From: Caldivirga maquilingensis IC-167
GTDB taxonomy: Archaea > Thermoproteota > Thermoprotei > Thermoproteales > Thermocladiaceae
NCBI RefSeq assembly: GCF_000018305.1
Contig: NC_009954.1
Location: forward strand, 1,410,001 to 1,442,000
DNA: 32,000 bases
Direction of reading: 5' to 3'
Shown here one piece after another: positions 1 through 6,931 of the stretch. Every line of letters begins with the position of its first letter. Position 1 is the stretch's first letter. Position numbers and translations under genes: made by a program. The notes below the pieces were generated by a model. The model saw only the letters and a program-made list of their open reading frames with translations. It made no database searches and was not told where the DNA came from.

Positions 1-124
1 TACACTTAAGCAGTATTATAAGCTTTAAGGGAGCAACCAAGCCTCATAACTGCCTAATACCGGTGTAGTAAAGGTAGGTTTTCTACTGGAAATGAAGTAA
101 TACTTAGTGTTAAATTATTGTTAA

Positions 125-676
125 TCACATTACAGTGGGTTTACTGCTTTTACGCGTGTTTATGATTATGTATTTTCCATCATCTGGTACTGGCCTGTGT
201 ACGTGATCCCTCATGTCTACTATTATCTTAATGCGTCTTGAGTTGCTTAAGCACTCATTAATCATGAATCTAATAACCTCAACTGGGGTAACACCCCTGG
301 CCGTGCATATTCCTAATTCCTCAAATATATTCTTAAGCAGTAATGAACATGCCTGCAGCCTTAGGCACCGTTCGCATATTGTGCCGCATATTGATGATAT
401 TACGTGGAGTTCCTTATTCTGATACAGTAATGCGAAGTCCAGTATCCTTATTGAATCATCATTAACCTCAAATGAGGCCAGGAGAAGCGGGTTAGTGGCC
501 AACTTGACAATACCCTTATTCACTGTTAATATACCCATTTTCTTAAACTTCCTTACCCTACGGTAAACCGGGGGTGATTTATCACCCCTAATAGCCTTAT
601 TAATGTAAGCTAAGTCTCCAAGTAACTTATCCAACTCCCCCTCGTTTACTAGTATTAGGTTAATGGACTTCTGCAT
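125..676 (-). CDS. hypothetical protein (183 aa) with central Cys cluster C-x3-C-x2-C-x5-C (ICGTICERCLRLQAC); possible metal-binding/DNA-binding regulator
   Basis: Single long ORF. The + strand is pyrimidine-rich here, as for the other minus-strand genes. An AT-rich TATA-like box (+ coords ~695-708, minus-strand CTTTTATTAAATAT) lies 20-32 nt upstream of the ATG at 676. No family recognised by eye. Confidence 0.55.
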   Translation of the reverse strand: MQKSINLILVNEGELDKLLGDLAYINKAIRGDKSPPVYRRVRKFKKMGILTVNKGIVKLATNPLLLASFEVNDDSIRILDFALLYQNKELHVISSICGTICERCLRLQACSLLLKNIFEELGICTARGVTPVEVIRFMINECLSNSRRIKIIVDMRDHVHRPVPDDGKYIIINTRKSSKPTVM

Positions 677-764
677 ATGTATAGTTTATTTCGCATATTT
701 AATAAAAGCGGAGGAATTATGCAGAAAAAGCATATGTTAAATATATAGATGCGATCATGCGGCA

Positions 765-820
765 TATATTACATGAACATAATTACGTAATTTATATTAC
801 ATGAACATAATTACGTAATT
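765..820. repeat. perfect 28-bp tandem duplication (TATATTACATGAACATAATTACGTAATT x2); each copy ends in the 12-bp palindrome AATTACGTAATT (781-792 and 809-820)
   Basis: Read directly: 765-792 and 793-820 are identical. Copy 2 contains the stop codon and last 3 codons of the ksgA-like gene. The array lies upstream of the ORF starting at 676. Confidence 0.95.
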
Positions 821-1632
821 TTCCCCATGTTGATTAAAACATTAACCAGTTCAGCAACCTCATTAACGCTTAACTCCCTAACCCTCTTATTAAGTAAGTA
901 ACTAGGCGCTTCCCCCTCTCTTAAACCGTAAAACTGCTTAATAACTTTAATAGCCTTCTTATTAGGCTGGGTGAATAATTTACTTGTTAAGGATTCTAAA
1001 GCCCTAACATCAACGCATGGTTTAGGTAAGGGCTTCAACTCAACAATTGCTGAATACACCTTAGGCCTTGGCCAAAAGGCCCATGGAGGCACATGCTTAA
1101 TTACCTTAACTAGACTCAGGCATTGGGTAATCACAGAAAGCCTACCGTAATCCGTGGAGCCAGGCTTAGCTGCAAGCCTTAAGGCCACCTCCCTCTGCAG
1201 CGTTAATATTAGTTTCCTAGCCCCGTAATCGGTTAGTAATCTTAACAGTAACCTTGATGTAATGCTATAGGGTATGTTTGAAACCACGGTTAATTCAATA
1301 GGTGGCTTGTAGGTTAATGCATCACATATGAATAAGTCAGCGTTAACTTCACTCAACCCAATAGCCTTAATGGCCTTGATCATCATTGGATTCACATCAC
1401 ATGCGAACACGTGTTGAGCATACTTAGCTAAGTAATGCGTTAAGTAACTTAAACCAAACCCCACCTCAAGAACCTTCTCATCCTTAGCTAATTGCGCAAT
1501 GGTGTTAAGGTAAACTGGATCAACCATGAAGTGCACATCGCCACCAACCCTAATTCCAAGCCCTAGGGCTGACTTAGCTAACTTAATTAGAGTCCACTTA
1601 TCGACTGCGTAAAAGTCATTAAGCGACACCAC
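811..1632 (-). CDS. ksgA: 16S rRNA (adenine-N6,N6)-dimethyltransferase KsgA/Dim1 family
   Basis: SAM-binding motif VLEVGFGLSYLT, catalytic SNIPYSITS (NxPY) motif, GQHFL-like GDVHFMVD near the N-terminus. The ORF is open up to the ATG at 1770 (319 aa). GTG codons at 1632/1629 give the usual ~273 aa and sit ~30 nt downstream of a TTTTAAAA box (1662-1669). No AT-rich box precedes 1770. Confidence 0.85.
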   Translation of the reverse strand: MVSLNDFYAVDKWTLIKLAKSALGLGIRVGGDVHFMVDPVYLNTIAQLAKDEKVLEVGFGLSYLTHYLAKYAQHVFACDVNPMMIKAIKAIGLSEVNADLFICDALTYKPPIELTVVSNIPYSITSRLLLRLLTDYGARKLILTLQREVALRLAAKPGSTDYGRLSVITQCLSLVKVIKHVPPWAFWPRPKVYSAIVELKPLPKPCVDVRALESLTSKLFTQPNKKAIKVIKQFYGLREGEAPSYLLNKRVRELSVNEVAELVNVLINMGKIT

Positions 1633-1636
1633 AGGG

Positions 1637-2197
1637 GTGATTATGCTTAACCTATGGAGACTTTTAAAACTAGTGGATTCATTATCCGGGATACCTAGGA
1701 TAGGGTGGGTTAATGCCGGTGTCAAGAATCCTGAAACCGTGGCTGAGCACACGCTCCTGGTATCATACATAGCCGCCTCCCTAGCTAAGTCAATGGGTTT
1801 TGATGCAGGTAAGGCATCATTATTAGCGTTAATTCATGATGCCGCGGAATCAGTGACAGGTAATGTGGCAAGGGTTGTTAGGGATAGAATGGGGTTAAGC
1901 CAGTGGAGGATGATTGAGGCAAGCATAGTTGGGGAATTGGGGTTCAGCAACGAGTTTGATGAGTACGTTAACTTAAAGAGCCCTGAGGCAATTATAGTTG
2001 CAGTTAGTGATAAGTTAGCCACATTAATTAGGGCATGTCAATACAGGGAATTAGGCTATGGTACATTAACCCTTGTTGAAAATTATCTAAATGAGGTTAA
2101 GGGGTTACTGAGTAAGTTGAATAATAGTGAATTAAGTGAACTAATAAATGACGCGTTAATTAAATGCAGTGGAAATCAGGGTTCTGGTGAAGCATAG
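1637..2197 (+). CDS. HD-domain metal-dependent phosphohydrolase (YfbR/HDDC2-like 5'-nucleotidase family)
   Basis: RIGW...ETVAEHT...LIHDAAES H..HD signature followed by a downstream D. GTG start at 1637 or ATG at 1643. Confidence 0.75.
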   Translation: MIMLNLWRLLKLVDSLSGIPRIGWVNAGVKNPETVAEHTLLVSYIAASLAKSMGFDAGKASLLALIHDAAESVTGNVARVVRDRMGLSQWRMIEASIVGELGFSNEFDEYVNLKSPEAIIVAVSDKLATLIRACQYRELGYGTLTLVENYLNEVKGLLSKLNNSELSELINDALIKCSGNQGSGEA

Positions 2198-2236
2198 GTT
2201 TAGTACCTTGGAATTAACAATACAGGAGATGATTCA

Positions 2237-2851
2237 TTACTGGTTCTTAAAAACAATACCATTCACTGTTGTTAAATCCCCCTTATATAGGAAGCTCACT
2301 TGCCTTAATGAAGCCAAGTAATCAAACCTATTCAACGCCGACACGGCATCAATAGGCATGATAACCTTATACCAATTCAATGCAGCGCTACCAGCCGTAT
2401 GGAGTACGCATATGTTAGCCACTGTGCCGGTTATTATTAATGTATCAGCCTTAACAACATGCCTAAGCACGTAATCCAAGTCAGTGCCGAAGAAGGCATC
2501 ATACCTCCTCTTTCTAATAACTACATCACCAGGCTGCGGCTTAAGTTCATCAATAATTTCAGCACCCCAAGTATCCATAACACAGTGCTCACCCCATATC
2601 CTAAACTCCGGATCATCCTTAAAGTGCCAGTCCTGAGTGTAAATCACCCTTACCCCACTTCTCCTAGCCCTTGTAAGTAAGTCGGCAATGGGTTTAATGG
2701 TTTCTTCAGCATCCGGCACATAAAGCTTACCATTACTTCTAACGAAGTCATTCTGCATATCAATAACTAATACCGCGGACCTTGATGAATCAACAGTAAT
2801 ACTCTCCTTAACCTCAAGTTCAGGAACCTCAACAGTCTCCTTAATCCTCAT
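2237..2851 (-). CDS. pncA: isochorismatase-family cysteine hydrolase, nicotinamidase/pyrazinamidase-like
   Basis: VLVIDMQNDF (catalytic Asp), RKRRYDAF (Lys), ANICVLHTA (Cys nucleophile), and QDWH...GEHC metal-binding pattern typical of PncA. TATA-like box upstream at + ~2868-2880. Confidence 0.75.
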   Translation of the reverse strand: MRIKETVEVPELEVKESITVDSSRSAVLVIDMQNDFVRSNGKLYVPDAEETIKPIADLLTRARRSGVRVIYTQDWHFKDDPEFRIWGEHCVMDTWGAEIIDELKPQPGDVVIRKRRYDAFFGTDLDYVLRHVVKADTLIITGTVANICVLHTAGSAALNWYKVIMPIDAVSALNRFDYLASLRQVSFLYKGDLTTVNGIVFKNQ

Positions 2852-2961
2852 GAGTGAGGAGACTTAGCCCTAATTAAAAGCATTGTACTGCTGTTAATTA
2901 CTTGAAAGCCAGCTGGCTTCCTTACCGCACGTGCAGTATTCATCATACTGATGTAATGAAC

Positions 2962-3660
2962 CTATAGTGCAAGTAGGATTAGGTAAAGTGTTAGTGGTAT
3001 TAGGGCTATGGAATCAAGCCTACTTAAGGTTACCCTCGGCTTAACACTGGGTATACCGTAGTACTCTATGTATTGTGCAAGTATTATTGAGTACCTTACG
3101 CCATTAGCCACGAGTGAATTAACCAGTAGCCTAGGTTTAACACTGCCGAGTGACTTAAGAACCATGTAAGCCTCATCCATGGCGACTGATGCGTTTAGAA
3201 GATACCTCAGTGACAATACCAGTGAATCACCCAATGTACCTAAACCCATTACGTTAAGAATATACTTCACTTCACTTAACCTGAGTAATGCCAGTGAAAC
3301 CACGAATCCGGTTAATGCCACTAGTATTAGGGTTGATAATAATGTTACGTTAAGTAATGCCACTGGACTTAACCCTCCCCCGGACATTAACACTACCAGT
3401 AATCCGGTGGCTTCAGATAGAATCCAAACCAGGATTAATGGCCTCAGTCTCCTTACTGAATCCCCTATTAATACTAGGTAAGTCATGCTCACTATTAAGC
3501 CAGTCACGGTAATGGGTATTAGTCTAATTGGGTTCATGAACCAGTAGGATGCAAGATACGGTATAAATGATAAAGCAACAGTGATCTTACCTATAATGGA
3601 TAATCCCCCCAATGAGCCTTCAGCCCCCTTCACCACAGGCTTAACCCACTCATAGAACAT
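2962..3660 (-). CDS. polytopic membrane protein, probable ECF transporter T (transmembrane/CbiQ-like) component
   Basis: About 6 hydrophobic helices. Its start overlaps the end of the ABC ATPase gene by 11 nt. The call rests mainly on position in an S-A/A'-T arrangement. Confidence 0.55.
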   Translation of the reverse strand: MFYEWVKPVVKGAEGSLGGLSIIGKITVALSFIPYLASYWFMNPIRLIPITVTGLIVSMTYLVLIGDSVRRLRPLILVWILSEATGLLVVLMSGGGLSPVALLNVTLLSTLILVALTGFVVSLALLRLSEVKYILNVMGLGTLGDSLVLSLRYLLNASVAMDEAYMVLKSLGSVKPRLLVNSLVANGVRYSIILAQYIEYYGIPSVKPRVTLSRLDSIALIPLTLYLILLAL

Positions 3661-4990
3661 GCTCGCTCACACTCACCTTAGCAACATACCCCTCCCGCCC
3701 CCTCACGTAGAATACGTCACTATCCCTTATTAAGGATGCGAAGCGCAGGTCCTGGGTAGCCATCACCACCCTTAGGTTTGACTGGTTAATGAATTCAGCT
3801 AACTCAACCCTATACCTATCTGAAAGCCCTGAGGTTGGTTCATCAATAATCATTAGTGTTGGCTTCAGTAACTTAGCCATAATAAGCATAAGCACCCTCT
3901 TCTGCCCCTCCGATAGGTGTAGTGGGTCATCTGAAGTATTAATATTAATTTCAAGCGCCTTTAATTCACGTTCAAGATCCTCAATACTCGCATCCCTCCC
4001 AGCGGCCTTAGCTAACTCAAGGTACAATTCCCCCACTGTATCAGTCATGGACATCACCACATTTATGTCCTGCGGCATGTAAAGCACAGGGCGTGAGTAA
4101 TCAACAGTAACCTTACCCCTACTTGGCTTAACCACACCCAGTATTAACTTAAGTATTGTTGACTTACCACTGCCGTTAGGCCCTATGAAGATTACCCTAC
4201 TTGATGATGCAGTTAAGTTAATGCCGCTGAGCACATATGAGTCATCGTACTTAAACCACACGTTACTTAACTTAAGCCAACTATGATCAGTATTATCACT
4301 TACGCTTCTAATAATGTATCTTCGCCTATGTAATACACTAAGATTACTTGGTTCACTTAACTTACCACCATTAAGTTGAAGAATCTTATCCACTGAGCCA
4401 ATAATATGCTCATACCTGTGTTCAAGCATTAGCACTGATACACCGCTCCTCTTAATTCTCCTAATTAATGCAATCAGTAATTCAACGGCATCCTGATCCA
4501 GGTGGGCTAATGGCTCATCCATTACAATTACCTTAACCCCCCTTGTAACCAGTTTAGCTATTGCAAGTCTCTGAAGTTGACCCATTGATAATTCAGTAAC
4601 CAACTTACCTAATACCTCATTACTCAAGCCAGCAGTCTTCAATAAATCCTTAACCCCTACATTGTTCTCAATGGCCGTTAACTCAAGATCCTCATCAATC
4701 CTCGGGTAAGTGAAGTGTATTGCTGGATCCTGGTAGAGAACACCAATTAACCTACTTCTCCCCCTAGGCTCAACACCACTTAACTCAACTCCATTAACCT
4801 TAATAACGCCCTTAGCTAAACCACCGGTTAAGTGGATTACACCAGTAAGCGCCCTAACTAGTGTTGTCTTCCCTGAGCCAGTGTCCCCAATCACTAACCC
4901 TACCTCCCCATCCTTAAGACTTAGGGATAATCCTTTAAGAACCCAATCCCCATTACCATACCTGGCCCATAGGTCACTCACCACCAGCAT
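3650..4990 (-). CDS. fused tandem ABC ATPase (ECF-type A/A', CbiO-like)
   Basis: Two complete nucleotide-binding domains. Walker A: GDTGSGKTT and GPNGSGKST. Signature: LSMGQLQRL and LSEGQKRVL. Walker B: VIVMDEP and LMIIDEP. H-loop: LEHR in domain 1 but ATQD (Gln for His) in domain 2. Confidence 0.9.
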   Translation of the reverse strand: MLVVSDLWARYGNGDWVLKGLSLSLKDGEVGLVIGDTGSGKTTLVRALTGVIHLTGGLAKGVIKVNGVELSGVEPRGRSRLIGVLYQDPAIHFTYPRIDEDLELTAIENNVGVKDLLKTAGLSNEVLGKLVTELSMGQLQRLAIAKLVTRGVKVIVMDEPLAHLDQDAVELLIALIRRIKRSGVSVLMLEHRYEHIIGSVDKILQLNGGKLSEPSNLSVLHRRRYIIRSVSDNTDHSWLKLSNVWFKYDDSYVLSGINLTASSSRVIFIGPNGSGKSTILKLILGVVKPSRGKVTVDYSRPVLYMPQDINVVMSMTDTVGELYLELAKAAGRDASIEDLERELKALEININTSDDPLHLSEGQKRVLMLIMAKLLKPTLMIIDEPTSGLSDRYRVELAEFINQSNLRVVMATQDLRFASLIRDSDVFYVRGREGYVAKVSVSEHVL

Positions 4991-5585
4991 TAATAAGCCA
5001 CCTAAACCTCCTGGCTATGGTTAAGTAAACTGGGTAAGCCACTGCAATGTATATTACGGCTATGGTTAAGTTAAAAAGCGCTATGACTGGTAGGAGGTAT
5101 ATTGTTAGTGAAACCGCCTTAGCGTATGTTGAAACCCAATGGGCTATTAAGAACCACCAGGGGTCAACGAGGTAATTGGCTAATACCATTAAACCAACCC
5201 TTGCAGTAACCCCTGCAGCCGATGATGACGCGTACAGTACCTTAGCCTTACTAAACCTCCCCCTAAGCAACCTGTAGGTGTAGTACATTGGTATGAATGT
5301 TGATGCCTCGGCGAACCACTTCATGGCTGCGCCTATTGGATCACCGCCACGGAGTAGGGCTATCATTAGTACTGTGTCGGCTAGTAGTGCGTACTTGGGT
5401 CCTATTAATAGTGCCGTTATTATTAATGGTATGCCTGCTAAATCGTACTTGAGGAATGGGGCTATTGGGAATGGTATTTGAATGAAGGATAATGCCACTG
5501 ATAATGCAGCCATTACTGAAACCAAGGAGACCTTAATGGCCTTAGCCTCCTTTAGTGAAACCTCTGATGAAACCTCGGGTGTCAT
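4974..5585 (-). CDS. ECF transporter substrate-binding S component (general ECF_trnsprt/RibU-FmnP-like fold), substrate unknown
   Basis: About 6 TM helices. The motif FLKYDLAGIPLIITALLIGP resembles the conserved loop-1 region of ECF S components. Overlaps the ATPase gene by 17 nt. TATA-like box at + ~5606-5617. Confidence 0.6.
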   Translation of the reverse strand: MTPEVSSEVSLKEAKAIKVSLVSVMAALSVALSFIQIPFPIAPFLKYDLAGIPLIITALLIGPKYALLADTVLMIALLRGGDPIGAAMKWFAEASTFIPMYYTYRLLRGRFSKAKVLYASSSAAGVTARVGLMVLANYLVDPWWFLIAHWVSTYAKAVSLTIYLLPVIALFNLTIAVIYIAVAYPVYLTIARRFRWLINAGGE

Positions 5586-5771
5586 TGCCTAAACCCCTGG
5601 TTTACTGGTTAATAAACCTTGCGTTACTATTGATAAACTTAAGGTTTAATGCTTTATTAAGGCTTCAGGTAAATTAAAACGTTGAGCAGGGGGAGATCAC
5701 TTAAACTTTTAGTCTACTCAGGAACACTATTAAGGTTAGTGTTTAAAAAAGCCCGGTAATACTTAGGTATT

Positions 5772-6017
5772 GTGAGGAGTAAGCGTTACTACGTTTTATT
5801 GAACCCATGGGAGGCACGCATACTGGTGACAGGTAAGTTAAATGACCTTGAGCTTGTTCAAGTGGGTTGGAGAATAGTGATGGCGAGTAAAAGGTGGTAT
5901 AGGGCATATGATGTTGCTAGAACATTAGCTGATAAATTCAACTACGTGCTGGAATGGTATATTGAGGATGAGAGGAGGGCGCTCGCCATTGATAAGAGTA
6001 GGAGTGTTAAGCCTTAA
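5772..6017 (+). CDS. small basic hypothetical protein (81 aa)
   Basis: Purine-rich coding-type composition. Strong TTTAAAAAA box at 5742-5750, 22-30 nt upstream of the GTG at 5772. No family recognised. Confidence 0.55.
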   Translation: MRSKRYYVLLNPWEARILVTGKLNDLELVQVGWRIVMASKRWYRAYDVARTLADKFNYVLEWYIEDERRALAIDKSRSVKP

Positions 6018-6020
6018 CCC

Positions 6021-6713
6021 TCACTTCCCAGGGCACCAAAGCTTTAGGTAATCATCCACAGTGCCGATGTCTATGAATTTATTGACTAAATACACCCCAA
6101 CCCTACCCCCCTCCCTTATAATTAAGTTAACGTAATCATTCATATCAATAAAGCCACCGTTAAGCAGCCTCAGTAACTTACCCTTAATTATGTAGTTGCC
6201 TGTCGACACAGTGAAGTTAATAGTGGGTTTCTCAACCCAAGCCTTCACATTATAATCCTCTGTTTCAAGAACCCCATACCTCAATTGGAAACCAGCCCTA
6301 TACCCAATTATAGTCATATCCAGTCCCTTTCCCAAGTGGAAATTAACTGCATCAACCATATTCACATCAGCAATGACGTCACCATTCTCAACCACAACAA
6401 TATCATCATCCTTAACTAAGTTACTTAGAAAGTATAAGTGACCAGCAGTACCAAGTAACTTATCGTGGATAACCGTTTCAAGCAACCCATTATAAGTTAA
6501 GTTCAAATGCTTAACAGCATCCATTATTAACCCAGCCATGTAATGGGCAACAATGTAAATTCTAATAGGCTTTAACGGAAGCAGACGCTCCACTGCATCT
6601 TGCATTGCAAGCCTACCCCCTGGAATGGGCATTAAGGGCTTAGGTACATAGAGGGTAATTGGCCTTAAACGCTCCCCCCTCCCAGCAGCCAACACTACAC
6701 CAAACACAGCCAC
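6021..6713 (-). CDS. sugar-phosphate nucleotidyltransferase (NTP_transferase family, G1P thymidylyl/uridylyl/mannose-1-P guanylyl-transferase-like)
   Basis: N-terminal VLAAGRGERLRPITLYVPKPLMPI signature (GxGxRL...PK). Size ~230 aa. TATA-like box at + ~6733-6743. Confidence 0.8.
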   Translation of the reverse strand: MAVFGVVLAAGRGERLRPITLYVPKPLMPIPGGRLAMQDAVERLLPLKPIRIYIVAHYMAGLIMDAVKHLNLTYNGLLETVIHDKLLGTAGHLYFLSNLVKDDDIVVVENGDVIADVNMVDAVNFHLGKGLDMTIIGYRAGFQLRYGVLETEDYNVKAWVEKPTINFTVSTGNYIIKGKLLRLLNGGFIDMNDYVNLIIREGGRVGVYLVNKFIDIGTVDDYLKLWCPGK

Positions 6714-6931
6714 ATTACCGGTAATCCCCCATTATTTTTAAGTCAATAGCCCTAGGCGCTATAACCTTAATGACTCATAGTTAATAAACCTGAAATAAAG
6801 ACCATTAACTAATGCAACTGCGGATTACTGAGTAGTGAAGTTGAGTAATTAATAGCCATTAAGGATAGTAATCAATTGCAGTAAGGTTGAATTCTAGTTA
6901 GGGTTATTAATAAGTTCAGTGCTGAAGCCAT

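Noticed and set aside
811-1770. Long (319-aa) form of the KsgA-like gene starting at ATG 1770.
   Set aside because: It would add 46 non-conserved-looking residues and overlap the divergent HD gene by 134 nt. No AT-rich box precedes 1770, whereas TTTTAAAA sits ~30 nt upstream of the GTG at 1632. The short form is kept, but this remains unproven.
2906-2919. 14-bp palindrome AAGCCAGCTGGCTT between the ECF T gene and pncA.
   Set aside because: It could be a terminator-like hairpin or an upstream site, but it is short, lies ~55 nt upstream of the pncA start rather than at the core promoter, and I could not support either role. It is noted only.
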